Assembly (NCBI GenBank): GCA_046091385.1
Contig: JBJTBP010000025.1
Location: 27,681-91,680 of the forward strand
Reading direction: 5' to 3'
DNA: 64,000 bases
From: Solirubrobacterales bacterium
GTDB taxonomy: Bacteria > Actinomycetota > Thermoleophilia > Solirubrobacterales > 70-9
Below are positions 46,848 to 56,801 of the stretch, in pieces. Within the stretch, counting starts at the first letter, position 1; each line of letters opens with the position of its first letter. Made by a program: the position numbers and the translations under genes. The notes under the pieces are model-generated. The model had not been told where the DNA came from, ran no database searches, and was given only the letters and a program-made list of their open reading frames with translations.

Positions 46848-49402
46848 CCGAGTCCGGCGATCCTGTCCCGGAGGTCCTGCTCGCGACGGCGCTCCTCCGA
46901 GACGACCTCCGGTGGTGCCTTCTCGGTGAATCCCGGGGAGCCGAGTCGCCCGACCACCTTCTCGAGCTCGGCCTCGAGCTTGCTGCGCCGGCTGTCGAGC
47001 CGTTCGGCAATCTCGGCCGGGTCGAGTCCTTCCCCGGGGAGGATCCCGAAGCCGGCGACCGTGGCCAGCGGTTCATCGCCATCGGGCTGGACGGCCTCGG
47101 CCCTGCCCAGTCGGGTGACGAACTCGTAGGTACCCGGTTCAGCTGGCTGGACCACCCGGAGGACCGTCCCGGCCGGGACCCCGGCTGCATCACGCCAACT
47201 CCTGAGCAGACGGGTCATCCCGATCGCCTCCCCGAATGCCTCTTCCAGTTCGGGATCGATCCTGGTCAGATCGGCTACCGGGAGGTCGTGGACGACCAGC
47301 TCGCCCTCCCGATACGGGTGGTATCCCCAGATCTCCTCGGTGACGAAGGGCATCACTGCATGGACCAGGGCGAGCGTGCGCTCGAGGGTCGACAGCAGGA
47401 TCGGTGCGAGGGAAGGGTCCCCGTCGTAGATGCGGGGCTTGACCATCTCCAGGTACCAGTCGCAGAGGTCGGTGAAGACGAAGTCATAGAGCTCCCCGAC
47501 CGCGTGGCTGAAGTCGTACTCGGAGACCAGTTCACCGAAGGTGGCGACCGTCGACTCGAGCCGGGAGAGGATCCAGCGGTCCTCGTCGGCCTGGGGATCC
47601 GGTGGCACGATCCGCCCGGCCGGGTCGGGGGCCTCGACGTTCAGGAGGATCAGGCGCGAGGCGTTCCAGAGCTTGTTGGCGAGGTCGCGCCCCTGCTCGA
47701 CCCGGGCATCGGAGAAACGGACGTCCTGGGTCGAGGACATCGCCAGCAGGCCGAACCTGAGCGCATCGGCGCCATGCCGATCGATCTCCTCCAGGGGGTC
47801 TATCCCGGTGCCGAGCGACTTCGACATCCGTCGACCGTCACGGGCCTGGATCACCGCATGGACGTAGACGTCGTCGAAGGGAACCTTCCCGGTGAACTCG
47901 ATTCCGGTCATCACCATCCTCGCCACCCAGAGGAAGAGGATCTCCCGGGCGGTGGTCAGGAAGTCGGTCGGATAGAAGGCCCTCAGGTCGGGGGTGTCCT
48001 CGGGCCATCCGAGGGTTGCGAAGGGCCAGATCGCCGATGAGAACCAGGTGTCGAGGACGTCCTCATCCTGGACCCACCCCTCGCCCTCGGGTGCCTCCTC
48101 ACCGACCCAGGTCTCGTCGCCCCGGTACCAGACCGGTATCCGGTGGCCCCACCAGAGCTGGCGCGAGATGCACCATGGCCGGATCTCCCTCATCCAGTCG
48201 AGGTAGACCCTCTTCCACCTCTCCGGGGTGATCCGGACCTCGTCCCGCTCGACCGCCTCGATCGCCGGGCCGGCCAGTTCCTCCATCCGGCAGAACCACT
48301 GGAGCGAGATGAGCGGCTCGATCCGCTCACCCGACCGGTGGGAGAAGGGAACCGAATGGACGTAGGGCTCCTCCCCCTCGAGCACTCCTTCCTCCCTGAG
48401 TGCAGAGACCACGGCTTCCTGGGCCTCGGCGACGGTCAGGCCTGCGAACCGTTCACCGGCCTCGTCCAGCATCCGCCCGTCCTCGCCGATGATCGTCACC
48501 TCCTCGAGTCCGTGGCGGCGGCCGATCTCGAAGTCATTGGCGTCGTGGCCCGGGGTGATCTTCAGGGCCCCTGTTCCGAACTCGGGGTCGACGTGCTCGT
48601 CGGCGATGATCGGGATGCGACGGCCGACCAGGGGGAGCGTGCAGTGGCCACCGACCAGGTCCGAGTAGCGCTCGTCGGTCGGATTGACCGCAACCGCGGT
48701 GTCGGCCATCATCGTTTCGGGCCGGACCGTCGCCACGGTCAGCGAACGATCGGAGCCCTCGATCGGATAGCTGATCGAGAACAGCGTGTCCTCCTGGTCG
48801 CGGTTCTCGACCTCGAGGTCGGAGATCGCCGACCTCGATCCGGGATCCCAGTTGACCATGTACTCGTCTCGATAGATCAGGCCCTTCTCGTAGAGCTCGA
48901 CGAAGACCCGACGGACCGCCCTCGCGTAATCGTCATCGAGGGTGAACCTCTCCCGGTCGTAGTCGCAGGAGGCACCGAGCCGCTGGTACTGGTCACGGAT
49001 CCTCGCCGCGTATTCCTCCTTCCAGGCCCAGACCCGTTCGGTGAAGGCCTCCCTGCCAAGCTCGTGGCGGTCGGTCCCGTCTTCCCGGAGGCGCTTCTCG
49101 ACCACCGCCTGGGTGGCGATCCCGGCATGGTCGGTACCGAGGATCCAGAGGGTGTTCCGGCCCTCCATCCGGGCTCGCCGCACGAGCACGTCCTGGACCG
49201 ATCCGTTGAGGGCGTGCCCCATGTGGAGTGCCCCGGTCACGTTGGGTGGCGGGATCGCGATCGAATAGTTCTCCTCAGGGGTGCCCGTGGCCTCGGGGTG
49301 GAAATAGCCACCCTCGAGCCACCGGCGAAAGATCGCCGGCTCGGCCTCCTGCGGCTCCCAGCGGGTCGTCCGCTCGAGCTTTTCCCGTGCCTCCGCGTCC
49401 AA
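46844..49402 (-). CDS. valS: valyl-tRNA synthetase
   Basis: Motifs are PPPNVTGALHMGHAL (HIGH) and RRMSKSLGT (KMSKS), with a C-terminal coiled coil. I take the start provisionally at TTG 49402 (LDAEAREKLERTTRWEPQEAEP). The track start at 49579 overlaps clpX by 124 nt. The start is uncertain by a few codons. Confidence 0.92.
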   Translation of the reverse strand: MDAEAREKLERTTRWEPQEAEPAIFRRWLEGGYFHPEATGTPEENYSIAIPPPNVTGALHMGHALNGSVQDVLVRRARMEGRNTLWILGTDHAGIATQAVVEKRLREDGTDRHELGREAFTERVWAWKEEYAARIRDQYQRLGASCDYDRERFTLDDDYARAVRRVFVELYEKGLIYRDEYMVNWDPGSRSAISDLEVENRDQEDTLFSISYPIEGSDRSLTVATVRPETMMADTAVAVNPTDERYSDLVGGHCTLPLVGRRIPIIADEHVDPEFGTGALKITPGHDANDFEIGRRHGLEEVTIIGEDGRMLDEAGERFAGLTVAEAQEAVVSALREEGVLEGEEPYVHSVPFSHRSGERIEPLISLQWFCRMEELAGPAIEAVERDEVRITPERWKRVYLDWMREIRPWCISRQLWWGHRIPVWYRGDETWVGEEAPEGEGWVQDEDVLDTWFSSAIWPFATLGWPEDTPDLRAFYPTDFLTTAREILFLWVARMVMTGIEFTGKVPFDDVYVHAVIQARDGRRMSKSLGTGIDPLEEIDRHGADALRFGLLAMSSTQDVRFSDARVEQGRDLANKLWNASRLILLNVEAPDPAGRIVPPDPQADEDRWILSRLESTVATFGELVSEYDFSHAVGELYDFVFTDLCDWYLEMVKPRIYDGDPSLAPILLSTLERTLALVHAVMPFVTEEIWGYHPYREGELVVHDLPVADLTRIDPELEEAFGEAIGMTRLLRSWRDAAGVPAGTVLRVVQPAEPGTYEFVTRLGRAEAVQPDGDEPLATVAGFGILPGEGLDPAEIAERLDSRRSKLEAELEKVVGRLGSPGFTEKAPPEVVSEERRREQDLRDRIAGLG

Positions 49403-49455
49403 GGGAGGCGATCTTATTGCCAGGCCCCGTGGCGCCGGTCGCCAGGGGTGGTGGC

Positions 49456-50763
49456 TCAGGCCGTCTGCTCGCCCGCTTCGGGATCGATGCCGATCGCCCC
49501 ATCCGGACCATCGAGCGAGGCATCGGTGACCAGCATGGGCGGGTTGCCGTGGTCGATCGAATCCCTGGTGACGACGCACTTGGTCACGTCGGACCTCGAC
49601 GGCAGTTCGAACTGGACGTCCAGCAGGGCCTCCTCGATGATCGAGCGAAGACCCCTGGCGCCGGTCTCCCGCTCGAGCGCCCGATCGGCGATCGCATCGA
49701 GCGAATCATCGGCAAACACGAGCTCGACCCCGTCGAACTCGAAGAAGCGCTGGAACTGGCGGTTGAGGGCGTGCCGCGGTTCGGTCAGGACCCGGACCAG
49801 GTCGCCCCGGTCTAGCTGGTGGAGCGCCGCCAAGACCGGGAGCCTGCCGATGAACTCGGGGATCATGCCGTACTCGATCAGGTCCTCCGGCAGGACCTGC
49901 TCGAAGAGCTCACCCGGGTCCTCCCCACGCTCGTGCTCCATCGCAGCCCCGAATCCGATCCCACGCTGGTCGACCCGGCGCTCGATCACCCGGTCGAGCT
50001 CGGCGAACGAGCCGCCGCAGGTGAAGAGGATGTTGGTCGTGTCGATCGTCAGGTATTCCTGGTGGGGATGCTTGCGACCGCCCTGGGGGGGGACTGAGGC
50101 CGTGGTTCCCTCGAGGATCTTGAGCAGTGCCTGTTGGACCCCCTCGCCGGAAACGTCCCGGGTCAGCGAAGGGTTCTCGGCCTTGCGGGTGATCTTGTCG
50201 ATCTCGTCGATATAGATGATCCCGGTCTCGGCCCTGGCCACGTCGTAGTCGGCGGCCTGGATCAGCTTGAGCAGGATGTTCTCGACGTCCTCACCGACGT
50301 ATCCGGCCTCGGTCAGCGCCGTCGCATCCGCGATCGCGAAGGGGACGTTGAGGATCCGGGCGAGGGTCTGAGCGAGCAGGGTCTTGCCGCACCCGGTCGG
50401 ACCGAGCAGCATGATGTTCGACTTCTGTAGTTCGACTTCCGGGTCTTCGGAGTCCGACATGCGAACACGCTGGTAGTGGTTGTAGACGGCGACCGAGAGC
50501 GACTTCTTGGCCGAGGACTGACCGATCACGTAATCGTCGAGCACCGAATTGATCTCCTCCGGACGAGGCAGTCGTTCGAGGTCGAGGCCGGGGACCGAGG
50601 CGGCCGGCTCGATCATCTCCTCGTCGATGATCTCGTTACAGAGGTCGAGGCATTCGTCGCAGATGTAGACGCCGGGACCGGCGATCAGCTTCTTGACCTG
50701 CCGCTGTGACTTTCCGCAGAAGCTGCAGAGGAGCTGCTCGTTCGAATCGTTGCCTCTGGCCAC
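49456..50763 (-). CDS. clpX: ATP-dependent Clp protease ATP-binding subunit ClpX
   Basis: The zinc-binding N-terminus is [26 protein letters not shown], Walker A is GPTGCGKT, and the IGF-type loop region is present. The start is GTG. Confidence 0.95.
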   Translation of the reverse strand: MARGNDSNEQLLCSFCGKSQRQVKKLIAGPGVYICDECLDLCNEIIDEEMIEPAASVPGLDLERLPRPEEINSVLDDYVIGQSSAKKSLSVAVYNHYQRVRMSDSEDPEVELQKSNIMLLGPTGCGKTLLAQTLARILNVPFAIADATALTEAGYVGEDVENILLKLIQAADYDVARAETGIIYIDEIDKITRKAENPSLTRDVSGEGVQQALLKILEGTTASVPPQGGRKHPHQEYLTIDTTNILFTCGGSFAELDRVIERRVDQRGIGFGAAMEHERGEDPGELFEQVLPEDLIEYGMIPEFIGRLPVLAALHQLDRGDLVRVLTEPRHALNRQFQRFFEFDGVELVFADDSLDAIADRALERETGARGLRSIIEEALLDVQFELPSRSDVTKCVVTRDSIDHGNPPMLVTDASLDGPDGAIGIDPEAGEQTA

Positions 50764-50941
50764 CGGCCCAACCCCTCTCTTTCCGCTTCCCGTCTTCCCG
50801 ATTTAGTGATTGAGAAAGGCCGGGACCCAATCTAACAGCGGGGACTGCCCGGCCCGATCGCTTTCTTTGTCACCGGCGCCCCGCTCCCTGCCGGCGGGAA
50901 GGAACTTTCTCGCCTACCGACCGGCCTGTAGGGTCGGCAAC

Positions 50942-51394
50942 GTGGCCGTTCGGGTGGAAAGGATCGACAGGGAGTCGCTCGGGCTGGTCGAGCCATTGTT
51001 CGCCGATTACCAGCGCTTCTACGAAGTCGAGGAGATCGACCAGGCAAGAAACCGAGCTTTTCTCGAGCAGTTCGTCGACAGCGACGAGAAGGGCTGGCTG
51101 TTCGGGGCCTTCGAGGACGACCGGATCCTCGGCTTCACTTGCCTCCACCGCCACAAGAGCTCGTTGAGGGCGGCCGATACCGTCCTGCTCTACGACCTGT
51201 TCGTCCTGTCCGACGCCAGGGGGAAGGGGATCGGGCGATCCCTGATCGAGAAGGGCCTGGAGGTAGCCAAAGATACCGGCGCGGCCTGCCTCGAGTGGTC
51301 GACCGCGCCGGACAACGAGACCGCCCAGCGACTCTACGACTCGATCCCCGGTGCCGAGAAGTCCTCCTGGTTGGTCTACGAAGTCGAGACCTGA
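50942..51394 (+). CDS. GNAT family N-acetyltransferase
   Basis: The acetyl-CoA binding motif is LFVLSDARGKGIGRSLIEKGLEVAK. I take the start at GTG 50942 (VAVRVERIDRES). The 44 upstream track codons cover the clpX promoter region. Confidence 0.75.
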   Translation: MAVRVERIDRESLGLVEPLFADYQRFYEVEEIDQARNRAFLEQFVDSDEKGWLFGAFEDDRILGFTCLHRHKSSLRAADTVLLYDLFVLSDARGKGIGRSLIEKGLEVAKDTGAACLEWSTAPDNETAQRLYDSIPGAEKSSWLVYEVET

Positions 51395-51448
51395 GTCACC
51401 GGCCTTGCTTCTGCTCGATCCGGAAGTCGGGGATACCTCCAAGAGAAA

Positions 51449-51480
51449 GGCGGGCCGCCACCCGAAGGTGACGACCCGCC
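51449..51480. terminator. bidirectional intrinsic terminator candidate between the convergent GNAT and membrane-protein genes
   Basis: The interrupted hairpin is GGCGGGccgCCACCcgaaGGTGacgaCCCGCC. It is flanked by TCTTAAT on the plus strand and by TTTCTCTT on the minus strand. Confidence 0.5.
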
Positions 51481-51524
51481 TCTTAATGCCTTGCCGGGGC
51501 CTCGCCCCGGTCTTGAGACCTTCC

Positions 51525-52325
51525 CTACTGCCGGTCTTCCGGACCGCCGGGTCCCTGATCGACCTCTTCGACGATCTCGACCTGCTCGACCTGACCGGGC
51601 TGCTCGATGCCCGCGGACGGGCCGCCGCCGGTCACCACGCGACCGCCCTTCACCTCGACGAGGTTGAAGTAGAGGACCGAAACGATGATCGCCAGGTACG
51701 GGTAGACCGCGATCACCAGGATGATTCCCCCGATGATCCCGAGTATCGGGGTGATCGCGGCTAGGATGCCGATGACCTCTGCGATGACGATGTAGGCTAC
51801 GATCATCAGGAGGCCGACGCTGAGGACTCGCCACCGGTTGTCCTTGGTCAGCTCCGAGCTCCTCGACATCGAATCGAAGACACCCTTGTTCTCGACCATC
51901 ATCGCTGGGGTCGAAACGGCCCAGAGCAGGGTAAGAATGATGCCCGGGATGATCAGGAGGACGAATCCGATCGCGACCAGGACTCCGACCACGATCGCCA
52001 GGAGGATCAGCGAGACAAGCCTGGGCCAGACCAGCCCGAGGAGTTCCCCTACCGAGGCATCGACGACTCCGTCCGCTTCGACGTCCTCGACCACCTTGAC
52101 CATCGCCCCCGCGAACCAGACGCTCGCGATCAGCTGGACGATTCCGGCGATCAGGCCGATCAACCATCCGCCGTCACCGGACAGGTAGTTGAGGATGACC
52201 ACCGGAATGAAAAGGATCAGGGCGATGATCCAGACGGCCCCGAATGCCTGTTTGTAGATATCTCCAGTGCGGCTGAAGACGCCCCCTACATCGAGCTTGC
52301 CCTCAGCGGTAACCGTTTCGTTCAC
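51525..52325 (-). CDS. polytopic membrane protein, YciC/UPF0259-like (paralog 1)
   Basis: I take the start at GTG 52325 because GGAGGA lies 7 nt upstream and (M)NETVTAEGKLDVGGVFSRTGDIYKQAFGA aligns with the paralog-2 N-terminus. The block LLIIPGIILTLLWAVSTPAMMVENKGVFDSMSRSSELTKDNRWRV resembles my recollection of E. coli YciC. Confidence 0.65.
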   Translation of the reverse strand: MNETVTAEGKLDVGGVFSRTGDIYKQAFGAVWIIALILFIPVVILNYLSGDGGWLIGLIAGIVQLIASVWFAGAMVKVVEDVEADGVVDASVGELLGLVWPRLVSLILLAIVVGVLVAIGFVLLIIPGIILTLLWAVSTPAMMVENKGVFDSMSRSSELTKDNRWRVLSVGLLMIVAYIVIAEVIGILAAITPILGIIGGIILVIAVYPYLAIIVSVLYFNLVEVKGGRVVTGGGPSAGIEQPGQVEQVEIVEEVDQGPGGPEDRQ

Positions 52326-52458
52326 GACTTTCTCCTCCGTTCCCGTTTTTCGGCGAAATGTGCTCCGCCGCCCCACGTTTTCCACCGAACCCCCCGGATC
52401 CTTCCCGGGAACGGTTTTTCGCAGGGCTTGACGAACTTAGCGCCAGGCACGGGCGAAA

Positions 52459-52498
52459 GTGTGAATCGGCGGTCAAATGCGCGGAAATAGCGAAAAAC
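52459..52498. promoter_or_regulatory. conserved bipartite motif, copy 1: GTGTGAATCG-N19-TAGCGAAAAAC (133 nt upstream of paralog 1)
   Basis: Read directly. Both 10-mers are identical to copy 2 at identical 19-nt spacing, while the spacer matches at only about 8 of 19 positions. The function is unknown. Confidence 0.4.
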
Positions 52499-52522
52499 CG
52501 GGCTCTATTCCGGCCGACGGGT

Positions 52523-53344
52523 CTAAGCCGGGTCTTCGGGCCGTTCCTGCTGTAGCTGCTGGGTAGCCCCGGGGTCGGCCACGCCTCCCTGACCGAGTGA
52601 GCCGGGCTCCGTTGCCGGCTCCAGACCGGCGCCGGGGCCTCCGCCGGCTACCACCGCCTGGCCATGAAGGGCGGCCAGATCGAAGTAGAGGACGGCGTAG
52701 ACCATCGCGATGTACGGATAGATCGCGATCAGCCCGACGACCGCCGCGACGATCCCGAGGATCGGCGTGATCTCGCTGAGGGCGAAGACGATCAGCATGA
52801 AGATCAGTAGCGCCAGGTAGATCAGGACGATTACCCCGAGGATCTTCCAGAGGTTTCCCCTGGTCAGCTCGGCGCTCCGCGCCATCGTCTCGAAGACCCT
52901 CTTCTCCTCCACGAACAGCGCCGGCACCGCCACCGTCATCTTCAGGGCGACGATGATCCCAGGGATCAGCAGGAACAACGTCCCCACGTAGATCAGGGCA
53001 TAGGTCGAGATCGCCAGCAGGATCAGCGATGGGATCCGCGGAGCCACGAGCCCGATCAATTCCCTGACCGAGGAGTCGAACGTCCCGTCGGCCTCGACGT
53101 CCTCGACGATCTTGACCACGATTCCGACGAACCAGAGCGCGGCGAGGAAGAAGAGGATGTAGGCGAGGAAGATGATCACCGGCCCCTTGACCAGGATCCC
53201 GATGCCGGCGAGGACCGCTACCGGGACGAACAGCGAGAGCAGGACCAGCCAGAAGGCCCCGAACGCCGGTCTGTATATCTCCCCGACCCGCCTGAACAGC
53301 TCGCCGATGTTGAGTTGCGGAACGAAGGTGACTGGTGAGTTCAT
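52523..53344 (-). CDS. polytopic membrane protein, YciC/UPF0259-like (paralog 2)
   Basis: 273 aa with an ATG start and GGGAGG 8 nt upstream. Blocks shared with paralog 1 are VK(V/I)VEDVEADG, LLIPGII, ITPILGI, (V/I)YPY and LYF(N/D)L. I estimate about 45 percent identity by eye. Confidence 0.65.
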   Translation of the reverse strand: MNSPVTFVPQLNIGELFRRVGEIYRPAFGAFWLVLLSLFVPVAVLAGIGILVKGPVIIFLAYILFFLAALWFVGIVVKIVEDVEADGTFDSSVRELIGLVAPRIPSLILLAISTYALIYVGTLFLLIPGIIVALKMTVAVPALFVEEKRVFETMARSAELTRGNLWKILGVIVLIYLALLIFMLIVFALSEITPILGIVAAVVGLIAIYPYIAMVYAVLYFDLAALHGQAVVAGGGPGAGLEPATEPGSLGQGGVADPGATQQLQQERPEDPA

Positions 53345-53453
53345 CTCGAGTGCCTCCCGTAATCATCGCGGGAGTCGGAGGGCCGACCGGGGACGAGCGA
53401 CTCCCTCACGAATTCACAGTTCGGCCGAACCTAGTCGACCGGACAGGGGCCTT

Positions 53454-53494
53454 GTGTGAATCGTCGCCTGGATTCCCGCTACTAGCGAAAAAAC
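53454..53494. promoter_or_regulatory. conserved bipartite motif, copy 2: GTGTGAATCG-N19-TAGCGAAAAAAC (109 nt upstream of paralog 2, 30 nt downstream of the clpP stop)
   Basis: Read directly; see copy 1. Confidence 0.4.
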
Positions 53495-53523
53495 GCTGGA
53501 GGGATGGCGGAGTCCCCGCTGGG

Positions 53524-54108
<585 letters not shown>

Positions 54109-54146
54109 GCCTTCGAGTCTATATCGGCGACCGGGCGGGCGACCAC

Positions 54147-55550
54147 TCAGCGGGGGTCACCGGGCGTCCAGAGCTTCCCACCGGACTCGGGCTTCGCGGC
54201 CTCCTGTCCGTCCTCCCCCGCCTCTCCGTCGCCTTCGGCGGCGAGGGAGACCGGGACCGGCACGGGCGTGGCTGACTCGACCAGACGATCGATCGCCTTG
54301 CGAACCCGGATGTCCTCCCTGATCGCGGTATCGCGCCCATCGCGGGATAGTCGTTCGAGGAGCTTCTCCGGGGTGGTCCGCTCCTTCTCGGCAACCGGGC
54401 CGAGTTCCCCGAGCAGTTCGGCGTCGTCGACCTCGATCCCCTCGGCATCAGCCACCGCGACGACTGCGGCTTCCCGACGGATCTCCCGCTCGGCATCCGG
54501 GAGCGACTCGGCGATCACCTCTTCCCTGGTCTTCCCCTGCATCTGGAGCCATGAGTCGGGGTTCATCCCGCTGCCGGCGATCTGGCGCTCGACTCGCTCC
54601 CAGCGCTCCTTGGCCCTGGCTTCGGCGAGCGCTTCCGGCACATCGATGGTCGCTCCCTCGGCAACGGCATCGACCACGTTGACCCGGAAATCCTGGTCGG
54701 CCCGTTCGGACAACGCCTCGGCCAGGCGCTGGGAGATGTCGTCGCGGAGTTCACCGATCGTCTCGAACTCGGAGACCGAGACCGCCAGCTCGTCATCGGC
54801 TTTCGGAAGGCGCTTTTCCCTGACCTCGGAGACCGAGACCGCGAAGGCCGCGTCTTTGCCGGCCAGGTGCTCTGCGCCGTAGTCCTCCGGAAAGGTGACC
54901 TCGACCTCGACATCCCCGCCGCCGACCGCCCCGACCAGTTGCTCCTCGAACCCGGGGATCAGCCGTCCCGAGCCGATCTCGATCACCTCGCCAGTCGCAC
55001 TACCACCCTCGAATTCCTCCCCGTCGAGCCGGCCCGTGAAGTCGACCAGCACGTGGTCTCCTTCCGCCGCAGGGCGATCCACCGGCTCGAGCCGCGCCAT
55101 CGACTCCCTCAGACGGTCGAGTTCGCGATCGACCATCTCATCGGGTACCTCTGCCTCGGGGCGTTCGACCTCGAGGCCCAGATACTCGCCCAGCGAGGCC
55201 TGGGGCCTCACCCCGATCTCGAAGGCGAAGGAAAGCGGCTCTCCTTGTTCGGTCGGCGACTCGGTCACCTCGACCTCGGGGTCGCCGATCGGGGCGATGC
55301 CCGACTCGTAGACCGCGCGCATGTACCACTCGGGCAGCGCTTCCCGGATCGCGTCTTCGAGCACCGGCCCGAAGCCGACCCGCTGGATCACCAGGGCCGG
55401 CGGCGCCTTGCCCTTGCGGAACCCGGGCAGCCGCATGTCCCGGGCGATCGAACGGGCCGCGCGGCCGATCGCCTGGTCGACGTCGTCGGGCGGGACCGTG
55501 ACTCCAACCCTTACCCGGGACCCTGCCTGTTCATCTACGGTCGTCTGCAA
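54147..55550 (-). CDS. tig: trigger factor
   Basis: The ribosome-binding signature is [12 protein letters not shown], there is an FKBP-type PPIase middle domain, and the start is TTG. It has an acidic C-terminal tail. Confidence 0.92.
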   Translation of the reverse strand: MQTTVDEQAGSRVRVGVTVPPDDVDQAIGRAARSIARDMRLPGFRKGKAPPALVIQRVGFGPVLEDAIREALPEWYMRAVYESGIAPIGDPEVEVTESPTEQGEPLSFAFEIGVRPQASLGEYLGLEVERPEAEVPDEMVDRELDRLRESMARLEPVDRPAAEGDHVLVDFTGRLDGEEFEGGSATGEVIEIGSGRLIPGFEEQLVGAVGGGDVEVEVTFPEDYGAEHLAGKDAAFAVSVSEVREKRLPKADDELAVSVSEFETIGELRDDISQRLAEALSERADQDFRVNVVDAVAEGATIDVPEALAEARAKERWERVERQIAGSGMNPDSWLQMQGKTREEVIAESLPDAEREIRREAAVVAVADAEGIEVDDAELLGELGPVAEKERTTPEKLLERLSRDGRDTAIREDIRVRKAIDRLVESATPVPVPVSLAAEGDGEAGEDGQEAAKPESGGKLWTPGDPR

Positions 55551-55732
55551 GGCCGACTGACCCTAGCGACCCTCCGGACCGGGGGAGGCCGCCCGCCGAA
55601 GGCGCCGAACCGCAAGCCGCCCGAGTTCGGAGGCGAAGTCGAGGAGGAACCCGACCAGCCGACCGACGGGACCGGTGACCAGCCAGGCCCCGAACTTCCT
55701 CCTCGGGACCGGCCCAGACCGGAAGTCCTGGT

Positions 55733-56626
55733 TCAAACCCCGGCGCTCCGTTGGATCTCACCGGAGCGGATCCTCCGCTCGAGCAGGTCACCGTGCCCCG
55801 CCTTGACCGCCCGGTCGGCCCGGTCCGGGTCTAACTCGATCCCCTGCTCGAAGGCCAGGTCGAGCAGTTCCTGCTTGCGCATGCTCTGACGGGCCGACTC
55901 GAAGAAGGTCCAGGCGAGCACACCGAAGATCAGGAAGGTGCCCTCGATCATCATGATCACCCCGGCGATGCTCTGGTCGGCAATCGCGGTCAGGCCCCAC
56001 TTCGCCTGACCGGCCGCGTAGTTCTCGTACAGGGTGACCTGGGTCCACATCAGGACGTTCCCGAGGATCGCCGCCGTGAACCGGACGGCGACCACGTAGA
56101 TCACCTTCCAGCCGGGACCGAACCAGGTGGGTACCGGGAGCGGGCCGAACACCGGCATCCACATCAGGATCCCGAAGCCGAGGAACATCGCGTGCTCGAT
56201 GCCGTGGGTCAGGCTGCTCCCCCAGGCTGCGTCGTAGAGGCCCGGGATGTGCCAGATGAAGAGGTTGGCCGCCCAGAGCGGATAGGCGACCAGGGGGTTG
56301 GCCAGCACCTGGAGGCGCCCGATCAGGGGTAGCGCGAGAATCGGCTGGAGAATCGAGCGGGTCAGGCCGAGGACGATCAGCAGGCTGGCGATGTCCCCGA
56401 TCATCAGGTGCTCGACCATGTGTGCGATGACCAGCTCGTCCGCCAGGTAGCCGAGTGGGTTGAACATCACGAAGGCGGCCAGGAAGAGTCCAGTCCCGAA
56501 ACAGGCCTGCCTCCAGACCGGGATCGGCCGGTCGTCCCAGGCCAGGTTCATCGCGCGCTTCCAGTAGAAGACGACCGCGGCGGTCAGCGGGACCAGCTCG
56601 ATCAGTGCGAGGACTGTGGGGTTCAT
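55733..56626 (-). CDS. ctaG: cytochrome c oxidase assembly factor CtaG (Caa3_CtaG-type membrane protein)
   Basis: It has 7-8 TM helices with His-rich motifs HMVEHLMIGD and HGIEHAMFLGFGILMW, typical of this family. The ~60-aa C-terminal tail is hydrophilic. Confidence 0.72.
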   Translation of the reverse strand: MNPTVLALIELVPLTAAVVFYWKRAMNLAWDDRPIPVWRQACFGTGLFLAAFVMFNPLGYLADELVIAHMVEHLMIGDIASLLIVLGLTRSILQPILALPLIGRLQVLANPLVAYPLWAANLFIWHIPGLYDAAWGSSLTHGIEHAMFLGFGILMWMPVFGPLPVPTWFGPGWKVIYVVAVRFTAAILGNVLMWTQVTLYENYAAGQAKWGLTAIADQSIAGVIMMIEGTFLIFGVLAWTFFESARQSMRKQELLDLAFEQGIELDPDRADRAVKAGHGDLLERRIRSGEIQRSAGV

Positions 56627-56801
56627 CTCGGTTTGGTTCGGGGCGGGGAGGAACCCCGATCCCGATTCAGGGTATCGCCGGGCCGCCGCCGACCAGAGTG
56701 ATCGGGACCCGGATGCCCGGCATCCCGCCCACTGCTAGGTTCAGTTCGGGTCGGACCGGACGGCCGTCCCGGCAAGCGAACGACAAGGAGATTCGGAGCA
56801 G

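Noticed and set aside
49403-49455. T-box or riboswitch leaders upstream of valS, leuS (27705..27724) and trpE (overlaps hisIE)
   Set aside because: The available non-coding space is 53 nt, 20 nt and none, respectively. That is far too short for T-box, leader-peptide or riboswitch elements.
54109-54146. ClgR-type operator upstream of clpP
   Set aside because: I looked for a GTTCGC-N5-GCG-like dyad, recalling the motif from memory. The gap reads gtggtcgcccgcccggtcgccgatatagactcgaaggc and has no such dyad.
56627-56801. Iron-regulator (IdeR/Fur-like) box upstream of the ferritin-like gene
   Set aside because: TAGGTTCAG matches only the first half of the IdeR consensus as I remember it (TTAGGTTAGGCTAACCTAA). 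The second half-site is absent. The imperfect dyad GATCCCgattcaGGGtATC is too weak to call.
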